A stretch of DNA of 64,000 bases, taken from an uncultured bacterium. Lineage in GTDB: Bacteria > Desulfobacterota > Binatia > UBA1149 > CAITLU01. The position numbers were made by a program, and so were the translations under genes. Location: the NCBI GenBank assembly GCA_903893315.1, contig CAITLU010000024.1, positions 5,119-69,118 on the forward strand, read 5' to 3'. Every line of letters starts with the position of its first letter. Positions within the stretch are counted from its first letter, which is position 1. Below are positions 30,879-39,928 of the stretch, piece by piece. The notes under the pieces are model-generated. The model was not told where the DNA came from. It saw only the letters and a program-made list of their open reading frames with translations, and searched no databases.

Positions 30879-31607
30879 TCATTTCGCGTAGTGGTCCCAG
30901 CTCACCACTTCGCGGGGATGTGGGCGCTTTACGGGGCCGAACTTGCCCATCGGATAGCCGAGCGGAATCACGGCGGCCAGCGTCACGGTGGAAGGAATGC
31001 CGAGAACCTCTTCGAACTGGCCGGGAACGAAGAAGTGCGGCGTGGTCAGCACCGCGCCGAGGCCGAGAGCCCGGGCCGCGAGCAGCAGGTTCTGCACCGC
31101 GGGGTAGGCGGTCGAGCCGTCGATGAGTCCGCGGGTGCGCCCGCCGCCGGCTGCGAGTTTGATAGCTCCGGTCAGGCCGAAGTTCTGCACCGCTTTCACC
31201 AGCGTCGCCGGTGATGCCAGAGCCTTGGCGATGGCTTCGTCCTTGGCCACGCACACGCAGATCAGCGCCGGCACTTCGTGGATGTGCTCGACCATGTAGG
31301 TGCCGGTCGCGGTTGCTTTCCGGCGATCTTCGGGCTTTTCGCCGGGGCGCAACTCGGCCTTGGCGAGGGTCTCCTGGTAGAAGTTCCAGGTCTTGCGCCA
31401 CAGCGCCTGGATCTTCTTTTTCTGCTCCCCGTCGCGGACGATGACGAAGCGCCAGTTCTGGGCGTTGCTGCCACTGGGACCATGAAGAGCCGCATCGACC
31501 AGCTGAAGCAGCAGCTGTTCGGGAATCGGGTCCGGCTTGAGCCGGCGCATGGCACGGCAGGTATGGAGTATTTCAAAGAGTGGAGCGTCGCCGGCGGGTA
31601 TCGTCAT
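30879..31607 (-). CDS. Nitroreductase family protein
   Basis: 'RAMRRLKPDPIP', 'GPSGSNAQNWRFVIV', 'AVQNLLLAARALGLG', 'IPLGYP'; ATG 31607 after GGAG. Confidence 0.92.
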   Translation of the reverse strand: MTIPAGDAPLFEILHTCRAMRRLKPDPIPEQLLLQLVDAALHGPSGSNAQNWRFVIVRDGEQKKKIQALWRKTWNFYQETLAKAELRPGEKPEDRRKATATGTYMVEHIHEVPALICVCVAKDEAIAKALASPATLVKAVQNFGLTGAIKLAAGGGRTRGLIDGSTAYPAVQNLLLAARALGLGAVLTTPHFFVPGQFEEVLGIPSTVTLAAVIPLGYPMGKFGPVKRPHPREVVSWDHYAK

Positions 31608-31886
31608 GGTAGGTCTCCGTGACTTGGTGCTAGCAGGCTCGCGCCGGACCTGCCAACCGGGCGTTCTGGCGCAGAGTCCCGCCGCCCTGCCCATCGGCCC
31701 CGATTCGTCATCTGACCCGGCGGTCGTCAAGCCGCTGGATCGGAGGACGTGACCCCGTGGCGCGTTGCGTCCCCGTGTGCGGCAGTTATGCTGCGCCGAT
31801 GGTCGGGCTCGCTGCGGCCATCTCGCGTCTGCCTTGGTGATGAGTTTCCGCTCTTGTGCCCATCGATCCTCCCTTGGAGAGTGAAC

Positions 31887-33398
31887 ATGACCTCGACCCC
31901 AATCACGGATTCTGCGCTGTCCTACACGGAACCGGGCGGTGTGCCGGTCGCCAATTTGCGATCGTGGCTGCTCACCGATGATCCGGCGCGCTTTGCCGCG
32001 CGGCATCTGACGCTGGCCGCGATATTTGCGGTATGTGGGCTTGTCGCAGCCCTGCCGCTGCGGATCGAACTCCTCACGCCGCAACTCGATTTCCTCGCCG
32101 CGCGGACCTTCGGCGCTCTGCTTTCGCTGCACGGCACCCTGATGTTCTACTTCGTGGCGCTGCCGGCGTTTCCCGGTGTCCTGGGCTACGCGCTGCTGCC
32201 CGAAGCTTTGGGCGTGAGGACCTTGGTGTTCCCGCGGCTGATGACACTTTCCTGGTGTCTCGCGGCCGCCGGAGGCGCGACAGTGCTGGCGGGGTTCATC
32301 GCGGGAGGCAGCGAAGTGGGCTGGACCTTCGATGCCGAGTTCGGCGGGCACTTCAGTGCTGTCGGGGTCGTTCCGATGGCAGCCGGCGTATTCATGGCGG
32401 CGGCCGCTCTGGTGGCGATGTCGGTCAACTTCATCGCTACGATCATGCAGTGGAGACGAACGCAGCCCGCGCCTCGCGTGCTGACGCCGCTGGCATCCTC
32501 GCTTCTGTTCGCGAACGTCGGCGCGTTGGTCGCGGCGCCCTTCCTTGCCTGCTGCATGCTGCTCGTCGTGCTGGATCACTACGGATTGACGTCACTGTTT
32601 GATCCCGCTTCGGGTGGTGATCCGCTGCTGTTCAAGACGCTCTTCAGATTTTTTGTCTCACCGGCCAAGAGCATGGTGCTGGTGGCCGCGCTCGGTACCG
32701 TAGTCACTGTGGTGTCGGCACGCGCGCCGGGCGGCGGCACGGATGCACGCGACCGTGTCCTGAACCGGACGCTCGCTCTGCTGGCGGTAGCCGGGCTCGG
32801 GGCGTGGGGCGGCGCCGAAACATCGCCGTCGATCGGTGTGGTGATGCAGGATCTGTCTTTCGTGCTGTGCGCGGTGGCGGTGATCGCCGCCGGTTCCGTC
32901 GTGTTTCGTACGGTGGCGATCATGCGTCGGGGCATTACGCGCATCGACGCGCCGATGGTCTATGCCCTGGGGTTTCTGGCGATGGCTGTCCCGGTTCTCG
33001 GCTGCGCTCTGGCGCTGGGGATTCCGGCGACCCGTACCCTTCTTGGCAACACGACCTTCGCGACCGCGCAGCTGCATCTGTTGATGATGGCCACGCTCGC
33101 GATGGCCTTTCTTGCTGGCGTTCACGAGATCTGGCCGCGCCTGGCAGGTCGTCGCTTTGCAGACCGGATCGCGTGCGGCGCGGCGGCAGTCATCCTGATA
33201 GGCACCGTACTGTCGTTCGGTCCCCAACTTCTGCTGGGTCTGAAGGGTGCGTCGTTTCGCGCCAACGAGTACCTGCCTGAGTTCCAGGTGCTGCAAGTTC
33301 TGTCCACCGCTGGCACGAGCGTCCTGGGGGCGGCAACTGTCGTTGCGATCGCCAACCTGGTGCTGGGCCGCCGCATCGGCGAACCGGGCGACGCATGA
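31887..33398 (+). CDS. Cytochrome c oxidase subunit I homologue lacking the binuclear-centre ligands (503 aa)
   Basis: Colinear with CtaD/CoxA motifs: 'SWLLTDD', 'LRIELLTP', 'LHGTLM', 'FPRL', 'GWTF', 'NFIAT', 'FDPASGGDPLLF', 'DAPMVYALGF', 'WPRLAGR', 'PEFQVL'. HPAVY is replaced by SPAKS, WGHH by WGGA and HFH by QLH. GGAG RBS. Confidence 0.88.
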   Translation: MTSTPITDSALSYTEPGGVPVANLRSWLLTDDPARFAARHLTLAAIFAVCGLVAALPLRIELLTPQLDFLAARTFGALLSLHGTLMFYFVALPAFPGVLGYALLPEALGVRTLVFPRLMTLSWCLAAAGGATVLAGFIAGGSEVGWTFDAEFGGHFSAVGVVPMAAGVFMAAAALVAMSVNFIATIMQWRRTQPAPRVLTPLASSLLFANVGALVAAPFLACCMLLVVLDHYGLTSLFDPASGGDPLLFKTLFRFFVSPAKSMVLVAALGTVVTVVSARAPGGGTDARDRVLNRTLALLAVAGLGAWGGAETSPSIGVVMQDLSFVLCAVAVIAAGSVVFRTVAIMRRGITRIDAPMVYALGFLAMAVPVLGCALALGIPATRTLLGNTTFATAQLHLLMMATLAMAFLAGVHEIWPRLAGRRFADRIACGAAAVILIGTVLSFGPQLLLGLKGASFRANEYLPEFQVLQVLSTAGTSVLGAATVVAIANLVLGRRIGEPGDA

Positions 33399-33511
33399 CC
33401 AAGCTGGTTTGCTCGGCTCGAGGTCGCGGACAATCATTGCCGCACGTTTGAACGGTGACGCGTGTCTTGCGTGATGCGCCGCCGGGGACCGCGTCGTTTT
33501 CGGAGCGATCT

Positions 33512-33952
33512 ATGAAGTTTGAGACGATCCTCGTTACAACCGATTTTTCTGCGGAGGCCGACGTCGCCATTCCGGTTGCCTTTCAGTTGGCGAAAGAACA
33601 CGGCGGCAGCGTGGTTCTCGCGCACGTGGTCGAGGGTTTCGGGATCCCCAATCCTCTCTACCCGCATTACAGCGCGACTCTCTCTCCGCAGGAACACGCG
33701 CGCATCGACGGCGAAGTGCGCAAGGCTTTGGCCGACCGTGTACCGGCCGAGTACCGCAAGGAAGTGGTCTGGGAAACGATCACGGCCGCCGGCGAGCCTG
33801 CTGCCGAACTTGCGCGGCTGGCGGAGCAGGTTAACGCGTCGCTGATCGTGATCTCCTCACACGGTCGCACCGGCCTGAGGCGCCTGGCTCTGGGCAGCGT
33901 GGCCGAGCGCGTTCTGCGTCTGTCTACCGGTCCGATCCTGATCTTGCGTTGA
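33512..33952 (+). CDS. Universal stress protein
   Basis: 'ILVTTDFS', 'LIVISSHGRTGLRRLALGSVAERVLR'. Confidence 0.93.
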   Translation: MKFETILVTTDFSAEADVAIPVAFQLAKEHGGSVVLAHVVEGFGIPNPLYPHYSATLSPQEHARIDGEVRKALADRVPAEYRKEVVWETITAAGEPAAELARLAEQVNASLIVISSHGRTGLRRLALGSVAERVLRLSTGPILILR

Positions 33953-34041
33953 TGCGTGACCCGCGCCTGTGTGCGGCGCGGCACCGCATCCGTTGCGGCG
34001 TAACCAGCGGCGCAGCCGCCTGACGAGTCAGTCGCGAAGAG

Positions 34042-35514
34042 ATGATGAGCGCAGGGGAAACGAGATTCGCCCGACTGGTCGCCGGGATGTTTTTCGCGGT
34101 GTCGTTGGCCAAGCTCTTTACCCACGAGCCGTGGCGCGATGAGTGGGGCCCATGGGGAATCGCGCTGGCCAGCGACGGTCTGCGGCAACTGTGGCGGGCG
34201 TTGCCGTACGAGGGGCACGCCCGGTTCTGGTACTTCCTGGTCTTTGCGCTCGAGCGCGTTACCGGCCGCTTCGAGTCGGTACAACTGGTCACCGCGGTGT
34301 TCGCGACTGTCGCTGTGTGGGTAGTTGCGAGGTTCGCGCCGTTCCCGCGCTGGGCCCGGGTGCTGTTCGCCGTCGGCTACTATCCGCTCTTCGAGTACGG
34401 GTCGATCGCGAGACCTTACTCGATCGAACTGGCCGCGACATGCGTGGCCGCCGCTGTCTTTTGCCGCGCGCGCCGCGCGCCGCTGCCGTTGGCCGTCGCG
34501 CTCGTGGTTCTCGCGCAGACGACGATCTACGGCGTGATCCTGGCTGCGGCGTTCGGCGTGGCCTGGCTCGCTGATCTCTGGCGGGCAGCGCCGGGCGATC
34601 GCGCCTTGCCGTCGCACAGTTGGATCGCGGCCGGGATCGTCGGCGTCAGTATGGTTGCAGCGGTGGCACAGATGGTGCCGCCGTCCGATTCGACGTTCGC
34701 GCGCGGATGGCGCACGAAATTGGAGCCGTCGCGCGTGGCGCGCGTGGTGGCGACGGTGACGCGCGGAGTGACGCCGCTACCGCGCCCTCAGGTACACTTC
34801 TGGAACACCCACGTGCTGGACGGCAGCCCGCGGGTAGAGTGTGCCGTCGGCGCCGCGATGCTGCTCGTGTTCTCGTTGCTGTTCGTGCGCTCGCCGTCCG
34901 CATTGCTGCTGTGGATCGTCGCGACCGCCGGCCTGCTGGCCTTCGAGTACATCAAGTACGAGGGCTACGCGCGTCATCAAGGCCACTTCTTTCTCGCTTT
35001 CCTGGCGGCGGCGTGGCTCGCGATGGAGGCGCAGCGGGCAGCCGGAGCGAAGAATAATGTCGTGGCCTCGCTCGGGCTGGCGGTGCTGGCCGTGGTTCTC
35101 GTCGTCAACGCCGCTGGAGGACTGCTGGCCGTGGCGGTGGACTGGACGTTCCCGTTCTCGACCGCGACCGCCGCCGCGCAGACCCTGCGCCGCCGCGGTC
35201 TGGCCGAACTCCCGGCCGTGGGCCGCCGTGGATCGACCACCGCCGCGGTCGCTGCCGTGCTCGGACGGCCGATCGTGCTTGCCGGCACCGGCCGCACCTC
35301 GACGTTCGTCAGTTGGGACCACACCTACAGGGTTCCGTCGCTGCCGCGTGCGACCGAGGAAGCACGGCGCCTGGCGGCGACGTCAGGTTCGGCGGTGCTG
35401 CTCATCCTCGACACTCCGCTCGTGAAACTTCCGCGCCGCGTCGAATGGCTGGCTTCGATGGCCGAACCAATCGTGCGCGACGAGCAGTTCCACATCTACG
35501 TAGTGCAACCCTGA
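34042..35514 (+). CDS. Polytopic membrane protein, possible GT-C glycosyltransferase
   Basis: About 11 TM segments; first loop 'HEPWRDE...YEGH', then 'FEYGSIARPYS'. The acidic motif after TM1 is typical of GT-C folds. Confidence 0.6.
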   Translation: MMSAGETRFARLVAGMFFAVSLAKLFTHEPWRDEWGPWGIALASDGLRQLWRALPYEGHARFWYFLVFALERVTGRFESVQLVTAVFATVAVWVVARFAPFPRWARVLFAVGYYPLFEYGSIARPYSIELAATCVAAAVFCRARRAPLPLAVALVVLAQTTIYGVILAAAFGVAWLADLWRAAPGDRALPSHSWIAAGIVGVSMVAAVAQMVPPSDSTFARGWRTKLEPSRVARVVATVTRGVTPLPRPQVHFWNTHVLDGSPRVECAVGAAMLLVFSLLFVRSPSALLLWIVATAGLLAFEYIKYEGYARHQGHFFLAFLAAAWLAMEAQRAAGAKNNVVASLGLAVLAVVLVVNAAGGLLAVAVDWTFPFSTATAAAQTLRRRGLAELPAVGRRGSTTAAVAAVLGRPIVLAGTGRTSTFVSWDHTYRVPSLPRATEEARRLAATSGSAVLLILDTPLVKLPRRVEWLASMAEPIVRDEQFHIYVVQP

Positions 35515-35606
35515 CGCAGCGCCGAGGCTGCGGGCAAGCCGGAGCGGTCAGCGCCCGGCCCGGGCGTCGTCCGCGCATGAGCCGCGAAGTGCGCCAGGGC
35601 GGCCGG

Positions 35607-35885
35607 TCAGAGGAACTCGCACAGGTAGGCGACGGGCGCCTCGGCCTTCACGTCGAAGCCGCTCTTGGCCGCGACTTCGAAAGCCGTACCAGCGGGAAAC
35701 GCCCTCATCTCGGCGCCGGGCAGACGCACCCACAATTCGCCGCTGACGATCGTCATGCGCTCGGGGGCGTCGGTGCCGAAGTGAAATTCGCCCTTGGCGA
35801 TCACGCCGGCCGTCTGTCTGCGCCCGTTGCGCTCGAAGCCGATGCTTTGGACGTCACCGTTGAAATAACTGTTGTGGATGAGCAT
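35607..35885 (-). CDS. ppnP: Pyrimidine/purine nucleoside phosphorylase (YaiE family)
   Basis: 'HNSYFNGDVQSIGF', 'FGTDAPERMTIVSG', 'AYLCEF'. Confidence 0.92.
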   Translation of the reverse strand: MLIHNSYFNGDVQSIGFERNGRRQTAGVIAKGEFHFGTDAPERMTIVSGELWVRLPGAEMRAFPAGTAFEVAAKSGFDVKAEAPVAYLCEFL

Positions 35886-36217
35886 GCGCGCTGTGTAGCC
35901 GAGACGCCGTAAAGGGGCCAGAGCGGCCAATGCCGTATGTGGACAAGAGTGTAAGCGGCGAGACAGCAAAACTGACGGTCGAGGCCGTCGTGCACAAGGA
36001 GAGGCACCTCGTAAGTGCCGATCGGCGGCCTTTGTTCCACGCAGCGGGCTGCCGCTCCGATGCCTTCGTAGAAAAAATCTCGTTGACGCGGCGCGCCGTT
36101 GTCGGATTCCGTTGGAAGTCGGTCGAAGCGGCGAGGCATTATGCGCGCGTCGTGAGATTGAGGCGCCGCATCCGAGTACCGGATGCGGCTATGGCTTTCG
36201 GCAACGGGCCGCACTGA

Positions 36218-36409
36218 ATGAAGGAAACTATCGTAGAGCAATTGCGCCGCCGGGCGATTGGTTGCGAAGACGAGGCCGAGATCGAGGCCGCGTTTTCGGA
36301 AATCGACGCGAGGTTGCGCTCACTGGTCGAATCGATCGATACCGCACGTGTTGATGAACCCGAATCGGGATGCTGGGAGTCCTCCAATCCGTGGCATGGC
36401 GCGCAGTAG
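36218..36409 (+). CDS. Small acidic hypothetical protein
   Basis: 63-aa ORF with an amphipathic helix, co-oriented just upstream of the coiled-coil gene; no family recognised. Confidence 0.4.
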   Translation: MKETIVEQLRRRAIGCEDEAEIEAAFSEIDARLRSLVESIDTARVDEPESGCWESSNPWHGAQ

Positions 36410-36455
36410 GCTTGCCGGCCGAGAGACGGGGTGTGTGGATGAAGATTGAACGAAT

Positions 36456-37541
36456 ATGAAAGTTGAATCTCCTCAGCCGGGGATGGCCACCGATCCTCTT
36501 CTGGGTCGTATTGAAACCGCCAAGCGCGACGCGATCGCGTCCGTTGCTTCGCTGCGCGAGACCCTGTGGGCGCGTACTCTCGTGCTGTCTCAACTGCGCG
36601 CCGACCTTGCCCGTGCTGTCGATGCCTTCGAAGAGGATCGCCGTGCGCTCGAGCGAGAGCGCGAGCAATTGGACAAGCAGATCAATCAGCCGCTCGACCC
36701 GCAGGTTTTCGAAGCGCGGTTGATCGAACAACGGGATCAGCTGGTTCGGGATCTTGCTGCTTTCGAGGGTGAGTCCACGGCGATTCGCGAGCGCGCTTCC
36801 AAGCGAGCCGAAGAGATGGCGGCGCGCGAAAAAGCGTTGGCCGAGGCGCAAGCCGATCTGGACGAGGAATACCGGACTTGCGCGCGCGAACGTGCGGCGA
36901 TGCAGGCCACGGCTCAAGCCAGCGGCCGGGAAATTGCCGCTCGTGAGAACGCGCTCTGTGCCGAGCGTGAGCAATTCTCGACGGACGTCGCGGGTTTCAC
37001 TCAGGAACGGACCGAGGCCGAAGCGCGCCTTGCGGCGTTCGGCAGCGAGCTCGATTCCCGTGAGCGTGTTCTGGAAGTCGAAAGGTCCGCTCTTCAGCAG
37101 CAGCGTCGAGAAGTGGAACAGCACGAGCAGGACGTACGCAGATCCGAGACGGCGGGTGCGCAGGAACTTGCCCGCCGCCGTCTGGAACTCGAAGAACGCC
37201 GCGTGGAATTGGACCAGGAAAGCGAAGCGCTCGCTCAGGCCCGCGAGGGGCTCGACCCCGAATGCGAACGTCGCTCCGGCGAACTGAAAGTTCTCGCCGC
37301 GAGTCTCGACGAGCAGCGCCAGACACTCGAACAAGAGCGCGTCGAAATGGAGAACGAGCGCCGGAGAGTGTCGCAAGAGCGTCGAACGCTCGACCAGTCG
37401 GCGGCTTCAAAACTGGCGGAACTCGGAGCCCTTGAAGTCTGGCTTGCGCAGTCGCGTGCGCGACTCGAGTTCGAGGTTTCACAGGTCACGGCCGAACGTG
37501 AACGACTAGGTGCCCAAGCGCGCACGTCTAAAACTGTTTGA
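36456..37541 (+). CDS. Long coiled-coil protein
   Basis: E/R/Q/A-rich heptad pattern over almost the whole length; no TM segment or catalytic motif. Confidence 0.75.
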   Translation: MKVESPQPGMATDPLLGRIETAKRDAIASVASLRETLWARTLVLSQLRADLARAVDAFEEDRRALEREREQLDKQINQPLDPQVFEARLIEQRDQLVRDLAAFEGESTAIRERASKRAEEMAAREKALAEAQADLDEEYRTCARERAAMQATAQASGREIAARENALCAEREQFSTDVAGFTQERTEAEARLAAFGSELDSRERVLEVERSALQQQRREVEQHEQDVRRSETAGAQELARRRLELEERRVELDQESEALAQAREGLDPECERRSGELKVLAASLDEQRQTLEQERVEMENERRRVSQERRTLDQSAASKLAELGALEVWLAQSRARLEFEVSQVTAERERLGAQARTSKTV

Positions 37542-37601
37542 TCGGCTCGCGGCTTTCGCCACGAAACTCCACGCCGGCGTCTATCCAGGGATACTCTCGG
37601 C

Positions 37602-37925
37602 ATGAATGACACCGTTATCGACGAAGCGATGCGGATCGGCGGCGTGCGTGGCGTGGCCGTGGTCGGCGCGTCAGGCAAGGTCTCGGCGGCCAGTGGTGCC
37701 GCCGGCGAACTCAGCCATTTTTTCGAAATGCTTTTCGCTGCGGCCTTGCCTCACGCTCGCGACGCTGCGGCGCTGTCGCTTCGACGCATTGTGGTGCGAA
37801 CCGACAGGGATGAAGTGTTTTCTCTCTTGATGGAACGCGCTGAAGCCTTGGGGCTCGTTTCCGAAAAATGGCGACCGGTTACCGAACTGTGCGCGGACCT
37901 GGAAGCGCTGCTGGCGCGCAACTGA
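37602..37925 (+). CDS. Roadblock/LC7-like small protein
   Basis: 'IDEAMRIGGVRGVAVVGASGKV' helix-strand-strand opening; 107 aa. Confidence 0.6.
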   Translation: MNDTVIDEAMRIGGVRGVAVVGASGKVSAASGAAGELSHFFEMLFAAALPHARDAAALSLRRIVVRTDRDEVFSLLMERAEALGLVSEKWRPVTELCADLEALLARN

Positions 37926-38539
37926 TGCGGACCGTTCTGCGAGATCTTGAAAGCGTCAGCGGGGTTCGTTGCGGCTGCATAGTGCGCGACGGCGAAGTCC
38001 TGGCGTCGACGTTCATCGGTGACAGTGCGGCCACGCTCGCCGCAAGCCGGGAACTCGTCGGTGCGATCGCCGAGGGCCTGGAACTGCTGGGCCGGGAATT
38101 GGATGAGGTGCTGTTGGATCTCGGTGAGGCATCCGTAGTGGTCGTCCCGGTCGAAGAGGGATTCACGCTCACGCTGCTGGCGGGAGCGGAGACGAACCTG
38201 GACCTGCTGCGCGTGGTGATGCAGTCGTCGGTGCGGCAGATCCGCATGATGCTTTCGCGGGCGCCTCAGGTCTCTGCGTCGTCGGTGAGCACCAAGCAGC
38301 CGGACACTTCTGACGAAGACGTCGAGCGGCTCTTTCCGAAGATCATCGAACTTCTCACGGTGAGCATCGGGCCGGCTGCGCGAGTGGTCTTCAAGCACGG
38401 CGTTTCGATGTGGAAGGCGTCGCACACACCGACGGTCGGCAATCTGGTTTCGCTGGTCGAGATCCTGTCGGTGGACCTTGCCTCCGACGAGGATAGGCTT
38501 TGGTTTTGCCAAGAGGTCGAGCGTCTGCACACAGGCTGA
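37925..38539 (+). CDS. Roadblock/LC7 domain protein with C-terminal helical 'IGPxA' domain
   Basis: 'LRDLESVSGVRCGCIVRDGEVLAS...TNLDLLRVVM', then 'LTVSIGPAARVVF'; TGATG coupling with the upstream gene. Confidence 0.75.
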   Translation: MRTVLRDLESVSGVRCGCIVRDGEVLASTFIGDSAATLAASRELVGAIAEGLELLGRELDEVLLDLGEASVVVVPVEEGFTLTLLAGAETNLDLLRVVMQSSVRQIRMMLSRAPQVSASSVSTKQPDTSDEDVERLFPKIIELLTVSIGPAARVVFKHGVSMWKASHTPTVGNLVSLVEILSVDLASDEDRLWFCQEVERLHTG

Positions 38540-38614
38540 TGATTGCCGGTGACGGCTACGGATTCGTTCTCGTGCAGCCATATCCTCAAGGACAAAGGAA
38601 CACAGTGACAGTCG

Positions 38615-39799
38615 ATGCTTAGTCTGCGCAACAAACTCGCGTTGGCGTTCGCCGCCGTCGTGCTGCCGCCGCTGATCGCGCTCGGCTGGTACGGCGGCAA
38701 CCGGATCGAAACGACACTTCGCGCTCAGAGCCGCGAGCGGCTCGAGACACGAATCGAGGCGTTGTCCGTGCAGATCGAGAGATACCTGGCAGGTACCGAC
38801 GGTGACTTGTTGTTGCTGGCCGGGATGCCTGCGTTCGCGCAGTACCTGCTCGCGCTCGACAGCGGCGACCTGCAACTGACGGATGCGGCCAGGAGCAATC
38901 TGGCCCTGGGCTTCGCGCGCGTGTCGGAGATCCGCGCAACCTATTCGCAGATCCGCTACATCGACGCGTCAGGTGCCGAGATGATCAGGGTTGAGCGAAA
39001 CGGTGACGTCACGACCATCGTGGCCGCCGGCAAAGTCGATGCCAGGCGCAGCGGGACCGACTTCGAAGAAACCATGAAGCTTGCCAAGGATGGGGTCAGG
39101 GTTTCTCCGGTGGGGCTCGATCGTGAGAACGGCGTGATCGAAGATCCGCGCCGGCCCGTCATTCACTACAGCACGCCGGTATTTGATGCGTCGGCCCAGC
39201 GCCGCGGAGTGCTGGTGATCGGTGTGGCCGTAGTACCGATCCTGGAGATGGTGGCGAAAGCGTCGGTTGATGGTGAAAAGTTGCTGATGGTCGACGCCGC
39301 CGGCTCGTACTTGAGACATCCTGAAGCGAGTAAGGACTGGGGAGGGGATTCCGATCTCAAGACGGGCGAGAGCCTGGTGCGAGACTACCCTGAACTGGGA
39401 GCGAGGATCCTGGCGGTGAAGTCGCGCTTCACGAGCGAAGGCGACGAGGATTTCACTCTCGCCAGGGCGATCGCCGTCCCGGGCGCCAAGAGCGCGGGTT
39501 TCGGTATCGTGGTCGATCTGGTGCCGACGCGGATCCTGGATGCGGCGGCCAGCCAATGGCGCATCGTATTGAACGTTCTCACGCTCGTTGCCGCGGTGTT
39601 TGCCATCGCTGCGGGCGCGCTCGTGGCTCACTTCGTCACGCGTCCGATTCTGGCGCTGATACAGGTCGTAGACCGCACGAGTCGCGGTGACCTCGACCAG
39701 CCCATCGTGGTGGTGGCTGGTGACGAGACGCAAATCCTGGCGAGCGCTGTGGAGCGTCTGCGCAAGTCGCTGAAGCTGATGATTGACAAGTACTCGTGA
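38615..39799 (+). CDS. Membrane sensor: TM-dCache-TM-HAMP with no output domain
   Basis: TM1, 'YSQIRYIDASGAEMIRV', 'PVIHYSTPVFD', 'GSYLRHP', TM2, HAMP 'TRPILAL...GDLD...DETQILASAVERLR', then stop. Confidence 0.85.
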   Translation: MLSLRNKLALAFAAVVLPPLIALGWYGGNRIETTLRAQSRERLETRIEALSVQIERYLAGTDGDLLLLAGMPAFAQYLLALDSGDLQLTDAARSNLALGFARVSEIRATYSQIRYIDASGAEMIRVERNGDVTTIVAAGKVDARRSGTDFEETMKLAKDGVRVSPVGLDRENGVIEDPRRPVIHYSTPVFDASAQRRGVLVIGVAVVPILEMVAKASVDGEKLLMVDAAGSYLRHPEASKDWGGDSDLKTGESLVRDYPELGARILAVKSRFTSEGDEDFTLARAIAVPGAKSAGFGIVVDLVPTRILDAAASQWRIVLNVLTLVAAVFAIAAGALVAHFVTRPILALIQVVDRTSRGDLDQPIVVVAGDETQILASAVERLRKSLKLMIDKYS

Positions 39800-39928
39800 C
39801 GGCGGCGCCTGCGTGCCGGGCGTGCGGCTGTCACGAGCAGGATGCTCTCCGCTAGCGCGGCCCGGGACCTTCGCGGACGCAGAGGCGAAGCTTGGAATCG
39901 GCTGCCGTTCTCATACTATCGCGCGTCC

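Noticed and set aside
31608..32579. Apparent 324-aa N-terminal extension of the nitroreductase
   Set aside because: It is antisense to the CoxI homologue; a good RBS and ATG exist at 31607.
31887..33398. Annotation as a functional ctaD/coxA or a nitric oxide reductase
   Set aside because: All three CuB/FeB histidines and the high-spin heme histidine are absent, so no gene symbol was assigned.
35930..36217. 95-aa ORF upstream of the roadblock operon
   Set aside because: No homology cues, and it contains promoter-like A-tract/TTGACG sequence; more likely regulatory DNA.
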